From assembly GCA_951406725.2 (NCBI GenBank), contig OX597833.1:51832001-51896000 (forward strand): 64,000 nt of DNA, written 5' to 3'. Each line of letters begins with the position of its first letter. Position 1 is the stretch's first letter. Below are positions 14,956-27,898 of the stretch, piece by piece. Both the position numbers and the translations under genes were made by a program. The notes under the pieces are model-generated. The model was not told where the DNA came from. It was given only the letters and a program-made list of their open reading frames with translations, and ran no database searches. This DNA comes from Octopus vulgaris (lineage: Eukaryota).

Positions 14956-15263
14956 ATATATATATACATATGCCTATGTATGTGTGTGTACGCATATACA
15001 AACATATACACAAAGGTAGCTAGATAAATAGATTGGGTGACCAAAGCATGGTAAGTAGAAGGAGATATTGTTAGACGGAAACTAAAAGAAGCCCCTCGTC
15101 TATAATAAAGGTTTATGTGAGTGTGAGAGAGAGAGAGCGAGAAAGAAAGAGATAGATAGAGAGATAAATAGATAGAGAGAGAGAGAGAAAGAGATAGATA
15201 GAGAGGGAGAGAGAGATAGGTAGATAGAGAGACAGAGAGAGAGAAAGAAAGAGATAGATAGAG

Positions 15264-15317
<54 letters not shown>

Positions 15318-15971
15318 TGCGTGTGTGTGTGTTAACTTTTTGTCTAAGTTTGTCCCTTGCCACCACTTATCAACAGGTGTTGTTGGGCTTAAGTGCTTGA
15401 AACTTAGCGGTTCGACTAGACAGAACGATAGAATAAGTACCCGTCTTAAGAAATAAAAAGTACCGGCGGCGATTCGTTCGACGAAAATTCTTCGAGGTGG
15501 TGCTCCAGCATGGCCGCACTCTGTTGACTGAAAGAAGGAAAAACACAAAAGAATGAAAGGATAATGTGTGTGTGTATGTGCGTGTGTGTGTATGCGTGTG
15601 TGTGTATGTGCGTGCGTGTGTTTGTGTGTGTACGTGGCACAGCGGTTAGAGCGTCGTGCTCACAATCATAAGTTAGTGAGTTCGATTCCCGGTCGGAGCT
15701 GTGTGTTGTGTTCTTGGGCAAGACACTTTATTTCGCGTTGCTCCAGTTCATTCAGTTGTAGGAACTGTATTGGCTTTTGCCTTTCCGTTGGACAACATCG
15801 GTCGCGAGAAGAGGAGAGGCTGGTATCCATGGACGACTGCTGTACTTCCATAAACAAATTTGCCTGGACTTGTACCTTGGAGCGGGGAGGACCTTCTAGG
15901 TGCAATCCCATGGTCGTTCATGACCGATAGGGTTCATTATGTCTCGCTTATCAAAGAAGAATGGCACTACC

Positions 15972-16206
15972 TATTTCTTTATTACCCACAAGGGGCTAAA
16001 CACAGAGGGGACAAACAAGGACAGACATAGGTATTAAGTCGATTACATCGACCCCAGTGCGTAACTGGTACTTAATTTATCGACCCCGAAAGGATAAAAG
16101 TCAAAGTCGATCTCGGCAGAATTTGAACTCACAACGTAACGGCAGACGAAATACCGCAAAGCATTTCGCCCGGCGTGCTAACGTTTCTGCCAGCTCGCCG
16201 CCTTTC
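15972..16206 (-). mobile_element. SINE family B with TSD
   Basis: Full head-body-tail; TSD GGCACTACC at 15963-15971 and 16207-16215. Confidence 0.9.
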
Positions 16207-16472
16207 GGCACTACCACTGAGTGAGGTGATTGTGTTAAATCGGGCCAAGTCTACCAACCAAGTAGGCCGCGACAAGATTTGAACTCAAAACGCAAAAATT
16301 GAAACAGTGCTGTATATTTTTTTAATTATTTTTATAATTAGTATTTATTTATATTATTATAAATGCAAAACAACACCACGATGAAATGGAGGTAAGCTTA
16401 AATAATAAACCGCGATAGGTGAACCGCGATAAGTGAACCGCAATATGTCGACGGATTACTGTATGTATATAT

Positions 16473-16870
16473 ATTCTTTTCTATTCTAGAAACAAGGCCC
16501 GAAATTTTTGGGAAGGGGGCCAGTCAATTAGATAGACCCCAGTACGCAACCGGTACTTAATTTATCGAACCCGAAAGGATGAAAGGCAAAGTCAAGCTCG
16601 GTGGAATTTGAACTCAGAACGTAAAGACAGACGAAATACCTATTTCTTTACTACCCACAGGAGGCTAAACACAGAGGGGACAAACAAGGACAGACAAACG
16701 GATTAAGTAGATTACATCGACCCCAGTGAGTAACTGGTACTTATTTAATCGAGCCCGAAAGGATGAAAGGCAAAGTCGACCTCGGCGGAATTTGAACTCA
16801 GAACGTAACGGCAGACGAAATACAGCTATGCATTTCGCCCGGCGTGCTATTGATTCTGGCAGTCGCTCGA
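16473..16870 (-). mobile_element. SINE B dimer (tail-1 copy joined to a headless tail-2 copy)
   Basis: Junction GAAATA|GGTATTTCG at 16641/16640. Confidence 0.85.
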
Positions 16871-17112
16871 CTGAAATTCTTCTAGTCGGTGCCCCAGCAT
16901 GGTCTCAGTCTAATGAGTGAAACAAGTAACATACAAAATATATATGAGTAGGCGTAGGAGTAGCTGTGTGGTAAGTAGCTTGCTTACCAACCACATAGTT
17001 CTGGGTCCAGTCACACTGCGTGGCACCTTGGGCAAGTGTTTTCTACTATAGCCTCGGGTCGATCAAAGCCTTGTGAGTGGATTTGGTAGGCGGAAACTGA
17101 AAGAAGCCCATC

Positions 17113-17178
<66 letters not shown>

Positions 17179-17181
17179 ATG

Positions 17182-17219
<38 letters not shown>

Positions 17220-17953
17220 TGTTTGTGTGTCTGTGTTTGTCCCGCCAACATCGCTTGACAACCGATGCTGGTGTGTTTATGTCCCCCGTAACTTAGCGGT
17301 TCAGCAAAAGAGACCGATAGAATAAGTACTAGGCTTACAAAGAATAAGTCCTGTGGGGGGGGCGATTTGCTCGACTAAAGGCGGTGCTCCAGCATGGCCG
17401 CAGTCAAATGACTGAAACAGGTAAAAGAGTAAACGAGTCATAAACTTATTTATAAGCAGGTTGGGTAACTACATTGAGATTCTTTGGTTGGCATCGAGAA
17501 ACAAACACCAAACCACAACCTTCCCAGAAAACTAAAAAATCTAAAACACAAGCACATTGCAACTATATCGAGATAAAATACGGAAGTGTTGATATTTTAT
17601 AAAACGAACCCAGAACTTCACAATAGATTTAGGATAACCCTGCTGACATGTTAATAGAGTACTAAGACTATATACGGTACAAAAGACCATATAAATGACA
17701 AGAGAGTCTCAGCAATTACCGTATCAATTGATTTATTAATGTCCGAGTAGAGTGGAAGCACACGGCTATAGAATAAGTGTTAGAAATGAGATGTTTCTAT
17801 CGACATAGTCTCTTGGTGGCTGATCACTTAAGCCAGCCGTGACGTTATGCAGATGTGAGATGTGACAGACGACCAATAGAAGAGGAGAGGGGAATGTGAT
17901 CCGCTTGTGCATATTTTATGGCTGCTAAATGATTGTTGATATTGATAAGAATT

Positions 17954-18571
17954 CAAGGCGGCGAGCAGGCAGAAACGTCGAGCTGGCAGAAACGTAGCCG
18001 GCATCTCTGGTCACAATTTACGATCTTTTTTTTTCTTTTCATTTGAAAAGGAAACTGTGACTGGAGAAGAGGTGTCTGTCGGAGTGTATGTTCCAAAAGA
18101 GATGGAAGCATGTTGCACGAGTGTTGTGCATGCAAGGAACCGTGTGAATAGACGGGAAAAAAAGGAAAAATAAAAAGGTATCAGCGGTAGATCGGGGCTT
18201 GTGGGATCGGAGCGTAACTTGATCATCGCTTCATTTGTATTGTTTCTGTACTGTGTATTCCATTCGATTTTTTATGTATTGTATTTTATTTTAAAGTCAC
18301 ATTTATGTAAAATCATATCGATTCACTGATCCCATCAGTTGTACTGTCCATATCTATGTTTGGCCCCTTGTGGGCAATAAAGAAATTCGTATTTCGTCTG
18401 CCGGTACGTTCTGAGTTCAAATTCCGTCGAGGTCGACTTTGCCTTTCATCCATTTGGGGTCGATTAAATAAGTACCAGTTACGCACTGAGGTCGATGTAA
18501 TCGACTTAATCCGTTTGTCTGTCCTTGTTTGTCCCCTCTGTGTTTAGCCCCTTGTGGGTAGTTAAGAAATA
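17954..18571 (+). mobile_element. SINE B (16-bp TSD) interrupted by a probable Tx1/L1-clade LINE 3' end (~18000-18387)
   Basis: TSD GATATTGATAAGAATT at 17938-17953 and 18572-18587. The insert translates (frameshift in a T-run, one stop) as GISGHNLRSFF..FHLKRKL*LEKRCLSECMFQKRWKHVARVLCMQGTV*, resembling Tx1 ORF2 C-termini from recall, followed by a 3'UTR ending like the SINE tail. Confidence 0.6.
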
Positions 18572-18889
18572 GATATTGATAAGAATTGTGTGTATGTTTG
18601 TAGACATGTGTATGTGTGTGAGTGTGTGTGCGTTTGGGTGGGTCTTTGGGAGTATCATCATCAGGGACAAGCTAGCAGAATCGTTATGGCGTGGGAGAAA
18701 ATAAATTGAGGTCCTTGTGGGAGCTTTGAGACTCTGAGTTAAATTCCCGTTGGAATCGATTTATTTTTATTTTAATCCTTCAGTGATAAACAAAATATAG
18801 CAGCAGATCAGGTACTAGGTTCGATGGCATCGACTAATCCCTATCCATTAAAATGGCTGCTCTTCTGCCTTCGTAATCAGACGCGACAT

Positions 18890-19260
18890 TTCCTGCGATA
18901 CCTTAACGGTGAGCAGGTGTGTGGTCGTCGATTGTTGAACTCGCTTTTCTACAGATGGTCTCTTTACTGGAGCTACAGCCCTGGATCTGGCGTAGACCCA
19001 GAGACGGCACTTGGCACATAGAGTGTCTTCAAGCGCTGACAGCCCTCGGCCTGTTGAGCAATGCGATTGGTGGAAGTTGTACCTTGGAGTTCTATAGGGA
19101 ATTAGTGGAGAGCAAGAGCGGTATTCGTCTTGGTCGTGGTCGTGGTGATCAGTCTTGCACTTGTTCTCATCTGACAGAATTGTGGGAAGGTAAATTATTT
19201 AGCGTTCAGACACTCATTGGGTGTCTCCATCCTCTCTCTGCATAGTTAGGTACGCCGTGG
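18890..19260 (-). pseudogene. Highly degraded RTE-like LINE C-terminal fragment
   Basis: Minus-strand remnants resembling the W..PN.EVL..LPS, RIP, EL.G and R.KDTL motif order, with many frameshifts. Confidence 0.3.
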
Positions 19261-20719
19261 CTGCTGCCGTTGTGGAGACATGCGCTGAGGTTTACAAACT
19301 CTACAAGAGATTCCAGGAAAATAACAGACGTATTTGCCCCTTCAGAAACGTCTTTCCACAGCTTGTGTCATTAATGGAAATGGAAATATTGTGAGTGCGT
19401 GTGTGTGGTGGGGTGCATTCGTATTATGTTTGTCTACCGCTTCCACTTCACAACTGATGTCGGTTTACTTATGTAACCGTAACTTAGCATTTCGGCAAAA
19501 AACACCAATAGAATAAGTGCTAAGCATAAAAAATAAGTATTGGGGTCGATTTATTTGACTGGACCCTTCAAGGCAGTGCTCCAACATGGCCGCGGTACAA
19601 CTGAAACAAGTAAAAAGAAAAAGATACTAATTAGTAGTAATTAGATCCTTATTTTTCTGATATTTATATAGAATTTTATATAGCCTTGTGAGAGGATTTG
19701 GTAGGCGGAAACTGAAAGAAGCCCGTCGTATATACTTACATCCATTTGTGTGTGTGTTTTGTCTTTGTGCATATGTTTGTCTCCCTCCACGGCTTGTCAA
19801 CCTGTATTGGTGTGTTTACATCCACGTAACTTAGCGGTTCGGGAAAAGAGATCGATAAAATAGGCAGCAGCCTCAAAGAAAAAAAAAACAAGCACACGGG
19901 TCACTTCATTCGATTAAAAATTCTTCAAGGATGTGCCCCAACATGGCCGCTGTCTAATGGACTGAAACAAGTAAAAGATAAAATAGATTAAATTTTTTTT
20001 TAATTAATAAGCAAAGATTAGTTTAATCTCCTTATTCAAAGACACAACCAGCTTAATGACAACGAGTACAAGCTTACTTCCTTACGGAAAGTACAAATAT
20101 TTGTACTTTATGTAAGAATGTTCACTCGCTGGTTTCATTGAAGTTCAATACCTCTCTCTATATCATCCATTCCGTTATTCCCATATTCCTTTATTCTGTT
20201 CTTTCCTCTCTTTCCTTCTTGTCTGTTTTGTTTTATCATTCATTACGTATAGTTTGTCGTCTTTACCGTTCATTATTCATATAACAGCTGTTTAAGTAGC
20301 GGGTAGGGAGTGTGTGTGTGTGTGTGTATGATTTAAGTGTTATTTTCTATACTGAGTGTTAAAATACATAAGACCCATGCTTGATGAGAGATGGCTAGAG
20401 TGCTAACGAATGTTTTCTTTCAAGAAAAGGTGGAGGGTGGGGCTTGTTATCATAGTTTTTCTTTTCTGCTCATTGTTACTGGGGGCCTTAATCAGTTTGG
20501 GGGATTTTCACATATTTGTTTTATGAATACTATCTCGATCTTTATCTATACATACACATACACAAAATCACAAACACATACACAAGCACACACACACACA
20601 CTCGCTTACACATAACATATGTATTGTCTATAGATTTACATACATCTATAAATATACGTTTATGCATGTATATGTATGTACTTTGATTTGTGCATACACA
20701 TATATATACACGTATATAC

Positions 20720-22015
20720 CACCTCACCACTATTCCCACCACCCTTGCCAGAGCACTACCGTGCATTTTCTCTCTCTCCCCACACCTGCCCCGCCGCCAC
20801 CCGTCTCTCGTTTCCCCTCATCTACCACCCCACCACTCTACCTCTCCAACGCACCACTCTCCGAGCTTTCCCGCGACTCCTGTCCGACCCCTCCACTTCG
20901 CACATCTTCCCTAACCGACCCCTCCCCTCCTTCAAACGAGCCCACAACCTACGAGATCTCTTGGTCCACAGCTACTTCCCTAACCCAACCTCCCAACCCG
21001 GCTCGTTCCCCTGCTCCCGCCTACACTGCCGTACTTGCCTTTACATCTCCAACACCACCCTCATCACAGGCACTCATCATCGACCCTATCATATCACTGA
21101 CCCCTTCACTTGCACTTCTAGCAACGTCATCTACAGCATCTCCTGCTCTTTCTGTCCTTCTTTATATATCGGTCAAATGGCACGCCGTTGGCTGACAGGT
21201 TCGTGGAACACCTCCGAGACATCAGACTCAGCAACAACACTCCGATCTCACGCCATTTCCCCTCTACCGGTCATTCTTTACAACACCTGTCTATGTTCGG
21301 ATTGTCCTTGCACAGGGGCCATCCAGACTCCCATCTTCGCCGTGAGCAGGGATTAATCTTCTCTCTTCGCTCCTTTCCGCCACATGGGCTCAACTCTTTT
21401 CCCCACTTCGCTTCCACTCTCTTCCTTCAACGTCACCCCCTCCCTCATTACACCACCCCTACACATTCCAAACCCACTATTCCTATACATCACATCCCAC
21501 CCGCACCCCCATCCTTTAGACCCCACCCTTGCTTCCCCCATTCTCCTTTCCCCCCACACCAACACCACCACCCCACACAAGACCACACCATCACCACACC
21601 ACCACCACCACATACACCACTCCGCACACACTAGCACTGACCACTTCCCAGCACCTACACAATCATCGACACACGTACACATGCACACACGCACACGTCA
21701 AGATCACCAGCCCCCTTCCACACGCACATACCCGCTCTTACATACGCACCTTCGTTTTTATTATCTACTTATTATCTCCCTTTCTTCCTAGCTCTCCTGT
21801 GTGACCCCTCTGTCCCGCATTCAACATGATGGATCGCTAGCCACTAAACCTTTTCTATTTTCTCTCCCTGTTTATTTCTGTGTTCCTTTCTGTCAAAGAG
21901 CGTAGGCTCGAAACGTAAAAGACTTTCTCAATTCACGAGCTTTCAACTAATACATCTGTTTGTTGTTTACACACCTGTCTTCATCTTTTGTTTTATTGTT
22001 TTGTAAATTCTCACC
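20720..22015 (+). mobile_element. Penelope-like retroelement 3' part: GIY-YIG endonuclease pseudogene plus 3' pseudo-LTR
   Basis: NLRDLLV..PC...C.TC..FTCTSSNVIYSISCSFCPSLYIGQ, frameshift at ~21185, then LADRFVEHL..ISRHF..GHS..REQGLIFSL..PHGLN; hammerhead-like motif downstream at 21886-21921. Confidence 0.9.
21886..21921 (+). ncRNA. Minimal hammerhead-like motif in the Penelope 3' region (core mutated)
   Basis: CTTT-CTGTCAA-A-GAGC-gtag-GCTC-GAAA-CG-TA-AAAG; same family at 40022-40057 (-) and 58807-58842 (+). Confidence 0.6.
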
Positions 22016-22026
22016 GTATATATATA

Positions 22027-22422
22027 CTAGCAGTATCGCCCGGCGATGCTCGGGTTTGTAAGGGAAATAACTATATAAGCATTTTTAGAGAGTTATAGCC
22101 AAAAAATAGGAAAAAAATGCATTAAAAATTGAAAAAAAAATTAAGGTAAATTTTTTTTTAAATCGTTGACATATCGTAGATATTTTTAGAGAGTTACTTC
22201 CCTTATATAAAAGCGAAAAAATGCATTAAAATGGAAAAATATGATGGTAAATTTTTTTAAAATCGTAGACTCATCGTAGATGCGCGCTAATACCCAGAAG
22301 GGCTCGATATGAATCACGACTATAAGATACCCGCTTTTGGTTAAACTGCACCGCAAAATGTGGGAGTAGTTAGGAATCTAAATCGTAGGAGACAGACACA
22401 CAACTTCACTCTTATATAAAGA
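22027..22422 (-). mobile_element. Non-autonomous Helitron
   Basis: Minus strand begins A^TCTTTATATAAG, ends in hairpin CCCGAGCATCGCCGGG followed by CGATACTGCTAG^T; no TSD. Confidence 0.85.
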
Positions 22423-22851
22423 TGCTTTTTTTTTCAGTCATAGAGTTAGATTTATGAAGGTCTTCAGTAGAAAATCCTTCGAATTCTGACTCGCTGCTTG
22501 ATATAATGAAATTCGTATCCATTTTTTGTCAGAATTACAAATTTTGAAAACACAATAGGAACAAATTTCGGAAACAAATCTCCCATAATTCACGGAATTA
22601 AAATTACACTTCGATTTTTGTACAAAACTGTAGTTGAAGTGTTTACGAAGTATAATACGTGTTTTCACGAATGTACTAAAGAGATTTGCTCTGATATTCT
22701 CATTTAAATATGAATAGGTAAATTCGGGCGGTTTGGTAACGAAAGGGTTAAACGGATGCATACATTTATTAATCTCTTATTATAATAACTATATATAAGT
22801 GTCGTCTGTTTATACATAAACACTGTTTCATACTGCAATTATATATACATA

Positions 22852-23210
22852 CTAGCAGTATCGCCCGGCGTTGCTCAGGTTTGTAAGGGAAATAACTATA
22901 AAGCATTTTTAGAGAGTTATAGCCAAAAAATAGCAAAAGAATGGGAAAAAAATGCTGGTAAATTTTTTTTTTGAGAGTTAAAAAAGGTAGAGTTGCGTCC
23001 CCTAGACGGTCTGTGGTTTTGGTTTCTAATTCTCGACCCCATGTCGAATTTATCGATTTTTTCAGAACTGGGGGAACTTTTCAATTTTCGCTGCGTTAGT
23101 TTTGAATTATGACATTGGGCTACATCAGAATCGGTTGAAAGCCGTGGTCAGAGTAAAAAAACAGACACACAGAAAACGCACAGACAAACTGCCGTTTATA
23201 TAGAGAGAGA
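22852..23210 (-). mobile_element. Non-autonomous Helitron (same 3' ~100 bp as 22027-22422, different 5' part)
   Basis: 5' A^TC terminus, GTCTGT-type internal microsatellite, 3' hairpin plus CTAG^T. Confidence 0.8.
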
Positions 23211-24018
23211 TATCTATATATAATATTATATAATAAAATATATACAGAGTAAATAAAACCAATTTACCTTTTCTGTATTGTTATAGCAATTCCACTGTCC
23301 GTGTGTCTTTGCAAATGTTTTGGAATGATAAGTGAGTTGTGTTTTGGCGCCTTTTTTACTAATAACAAACACACACGTGTTTGTATGTAGTTGTTTGAAA
23401 CGTTTGTGTTTGCCACTCTCATATATGTATGTGTATGCGTGTGTGTGAGGAATGACACACACACACTCACGCACGCACACATGTACATCAATGCTTTCGG
23501 AGTGATATGTTAAAATATTGAGTTTTCTCGAATTTTGTCTTAATTGGTGGTAAAATTGAAAGAAATTTTTTATGGCATCACCCACTGAAGTACTCTGAAA
23601 AATCATGGGTACACTCTAATTGAAGAAATTGTGTGAGGAGTAAATCGTTATGTATTTATTTGTTTCTGTTTGCTGTGTTTTTTTATTTTTTGAGTAGTGG
23701 TTTAAATACTTTCAGTTTAGTCTTCCTCAAATCACTCTGTCGCTATTTACTTTCATTTTATTCGTTGCACACTGTTTGTGTGCGTGTGCGTGTGGTGTAA
23801 ACCACATTAAGAAAAGCATTTGACATACACACCAGAATGTGAGTTTTCTGTAACTTTTGCTTAATTGGAGTTTAAATTTTAAAAACTGGACCTGGCATGA
23901 CCCGATGCATTCTACTCTTAAAAATGGTAGGTAAATTGTAATTGAAGAAATCCTATATTGTAGATTTCTATAAGTTACAAAGGGAGGCAGATAAAATCTG
24001 CCTTTTATAATAAGAGAT

Positions 24019-24089
<71 letters not shown>

Positions 24090-24389
24090 TGTATTTGTGT
24101 GTCTCTGTTTGCCCCCACCATCGCGTGGCAACCGATGTTGGTGTGTTTATGTCCCGTAACATAGAGATTCGGCAAAAATGGACGGATAAAATAATTACTT
24201 GGCCTACAAAGTACTTGATTCAAATTGTACAACTAAAGGCAGTGCTCAAGCATAGCTGCAGTAAAATGATTGAAATGATTAAAAGAATAAAAGAATGTAT
24301 ATATTTACACATATATATTTACACATATACATATATAATTATATATGTGTGTATGTGTGTGTGTGTCTGTGTGTGTAATAATATAAATA

Positions 24390-24428
<39 letters not shown>

Positions 24429-24627
24429 ATACAAAAAAGGGGCAACAAAACACCCAGACAGACGATACAAAGAAAACCAGGATGGGTCATTCGGAGTTTT
24501 CTATCCTTAGTCGAGTTCCAGATCATCTTTGCAATTTCTGCTTGTTATACTCGAGATTGCTCCAATCTGACCAGCCCCAAGGAAAAACTAAGCTAAGAGC
24601 ATTAGATTCCTGGGAAGAAAGCAGCGA

Positions 24628-24693
<66 letters not shown>

Positions 24694-24986
24694 ATATATA
24701 TTAGAAAGAACCACCTTTTATCAATTCAAAATGAACAATTAAAGTACACCATCTAGAAAATTACATATTAATTACTATTAAATTTTTTATTATAATCATT
24801 TCTTAAATATAACCACGAAACATGTGTCATTATTCTACCAAATATATACGTTTTTACTATTATTTTACAATTTACTTAATCATCGGTATATTATTGTTAT
24901 TTTAATTTTAATATTTCTATTATAATTAATTTTCTAGATGGTGTAATTTAATTGTTCATTTTGAATTGATAAAAGGTGGTTTTTTC

Positions 24987-25041
<55 letters not shown>

Positions 25042-26442
25042 TTTGGGAAATTTGATTTAGTATTTCTAATTTGAATTTTTCCCTGTAAGTTAGGAATAAT
25101 ATTCTCTCAAATAATTATCATACATATATATATATATATATTACTTGGAATTCCTCTCCAGACTTCTGCTATGTGTGAGTGTCTGTGTTCTGGCGTATAT
25201 TTATGAAACACAATTGTATGTCATTCTATGATTACATGATATGTTATATATGTGTAATGAAAAATTGCTGCACCAAATGCAGCGATAATAAGCCTATTCC
25301 AGGCCCAGCCACCATTTCAAAATAAATATTTACCAAAGTTTACCAATTTCTATGCGTTACTTGCAATAAACAGTAATATCTTTCGGTACGAGTTTATCTT
25401 CATGGCCTACTGCAGTTGTAAATTATCATAAGTTTAACCTTGCCGTTACCGCCATTGTTACATACAGACATGTGTGTGCGTACACATACACACATATATG
25501 TATATATGAATATGTGTGTGGAGATAGAGGGAGAGAGGAGGAGAGAATGTGTCAGACAGACAGACAGACATACAAACTGTCAGACAGAGACAGATAGGGA
25601 TATCACCAACTTTTCTAAGATATCGGTTCAGAGGAGAAAACGGCAGCGTTGATACGGTATTCAACTAGTCGCTCATATATTTAATTTACTTATCAGTCGT
25701 CTGTGATTCAAGAAATATTTGGCTGCCTTTTCTTGCAGCCTTAATGGAAACAGTTTCTTTCCCTTCTCACACTCTCTGCACTATACAGGCGATGTATTAA
25801 ATCTACGAGCTTCAGTTTGCTTGCTCGCTTGTTGCCAAAATTTACGCGATCTTCTGTGGTTGAAATTACCGAAACACGACTACTTTAACACGAAATAATT
25901 TTGGAAATATAAACTTTTCTCAACAACACAAAGAGTAAAAGATGTTTTATAAGACACATTCTACCAGTGTCCGAAGTTTGAAAGTGTTTGGTTACAAAAC
26001 ATTAATTTCTCGATCTGCCGTTCAAAGGAAAAAGATCCGAATTTTGAAATAAATCTCTATAAAACTAGTCTTTAAACATCGAATGGCTATGGAGGTCCAC
26101 CAGAATAAAATAGTGATCAAAAGGGTCCATAGATAAAAAATGGTTGAGAACCCGTGTATCTCCCTTTAAGACGGTTGAGTAGTGTATGAAAGAGACTCGG
26201 CTGCTGTTTCTAGTAGATCGATTAAATCTGTTCAGGCTCTTTCGTTGGCTCGTTACATACCACAGATTATTAAGGCCGTTGTATTGTTAATTTAAAGAAG
26301 AATTATTTCTCTCATTGGTCATTAATATTGATTTCAAATTTTAGCACAAGGCCAACAATTTCGGAGGAGGGTGTACGATTACCAATGAATATCATTAAAG
26401 AAGAGCTTTCCTTCCACTGTCTATCACACATTTCTTGATACA

Positions 26443-26532
26443 TTTCTCCGATGACGGAATACCCGGTTTGTAATGTCTTCAATCGATACAATCATCCAAT
26501 GGCCCGGATACACCAGAAATAGCTGTCAGAGA
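26443..26532 (+). ncRNA. Degenerate hammerhead motif with extended stem II
   Basis: TTTCT-CCGATGA-...CCGG...CCGG...-GAAA-TAGCTG-TC-AGAGA; U4>C change in the core, near-palindromic stem III. Confidence 0.55.
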
Positions 26533-26645
26533 CTATCTCTACTATCTTTACCAGTTTTGTATTATTTTGCTATGAATTGAATGAATCTAAATACCAATTG
26601 TTTGACTAATTGCTTTCCTCATTACTTTAACTGATTATATACATA

Positions 26646-26916
26646 CATGGTGTCCACAAAGTCTGGGTACATGGAGTAAATAAAATGATAACATAAACAT
26701 TTAAATATAAGAAATAATAATTTTCCTTTTTTACTTTTGTTTAAATTAAATAAAAAAAATACTTTACTTTTCTAAATGCTGGTTGAGGAAAAGTTTCATC
26801 CATACGAGCTACAGATATTGCATCACATAAATGAAGACGACCCTGATAGACGAATGCAGATGTGTGATTGGTTTTCAGATAAATTGGATGAAAATATCAA
26901 TTTTACTAAAATGTAG
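26646..26916 (+). mobile_element. Internally deleted mariner-like transposon remnant
   Basis: TA-CATGGTGTCCACAAAGTC TIR-like start; 26776-26916 encodes MLVEEKFHPYELQILHHINEDDPDRRMQMCDWF, matching the FHPYK...L.EDD..RR..FC.W segment of mariner-type transposases. Confidence 0.7.
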
Positions 26917-27019
26917 ACTTATTTAATCGAGTTCACTTGAATTTTGCAACGCGCATCAAGTTATACATTGAAAATTATGAAAATCATGTTGAAAATATTA
27001 TCTATTAACATTATAATTA

Positions 27020-27102
<83 letters not shown>

Positions 27103-27104
<2 letters not shown>

Positions 27105-27489
27105 GGATGGATGGAAGCACTCCGTCGGTTACGACGATGAGGTTGATCCGAATCAACGGAACAGCCTGCTCGTGAAATTAACGTGTAAGTGGCTGAGCAC
27201 TCCACAGACACGTGCACCCTTAACGTAGTTCTCGGGGATATTCAGCGTGACACAGAGAGTGACAAGGCCGACCCTTTGAAATACAGGTACAACAGAAACA
27301 GGAAGTAAGAGTGAGAGAAAGTTGTGGTGAAAGAGTACAGCAGGGATCACCACCATCCCCTGCCGGAGCCTCGTGGAGCTTTTAGGTGTTTTCGCTCAAT
27401 AAACACTCACAACGCCCGGTCTGGGAATCGAAACCGCGATCCTATGACCGCGAGTCCGCTGCCCTAATCACTGGGTCATTGCGCCTCCA
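27103..27489 (-). mobile_element. tRNA-Arg-like SINE family C, tail type 1 (near-identical copy at 55386-55767 with TSD TTGAGTAGT)
   Basis: Pol III A/B boxes, GGACTCGCGGTC anticodon arm, tail ending GTAACCGACGGAGTGCTTCCATCC. Confidence 0.9.
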
Positions 27490-27787
27490 CATATACACAT
27501 ATAAAACATATGTGTGTATGTATAGGTTGTGATAGAGCCAAGAACTTCCCAATTTAACCGGGCAACTATTTTGTGTTCAACGTACTGTAATAGACATTCT
27601 CTAAAACATTTCAACGTTATCGATGTAAAATAGTTCGCAAGTGGGAATCGAAACCGAACCGAAGAATTTGTATTTTTTTAATATTTCTACTTTATTAAAC
27701 TCATCTCTATGTGGGGTACATACATTTTTGGCATATATATATTGCTAGTAGTAGCCCTGTTAAGATTTTTACCTCACTGAACTCATC

Positions 27788-27814
27788 ACGCATGCGTAAT
27801 CCTCGTCCATTTTG
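27788..27814 (+). promoter_or_regulatory. Candidate promoter: NRF1-like palindrome plus YY1-like motif
   Basis: ACGCATGCGT (27788-27797) and CGTCCATTTTG (27804-27814) in unique sequence ~400 bp upstream of the 862-aa ORF. Confidence 0.4.
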
Positions 27815-27898
27815 ATATACTCTCCTTTTTCACTCTCTCGCGTTTTACAGTTTCTACCTGTATATGTACGATATATACGCAGCATTTCATTTACAGAG

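Noticed and set aside
27420-27489. tRNA-Arg-like sequence (and other SINE heads) as genuine tRNA genes
   Set aside because: Acceptor stems are incomplete and each continues into a multi-copy SINE body with tail and TSD.
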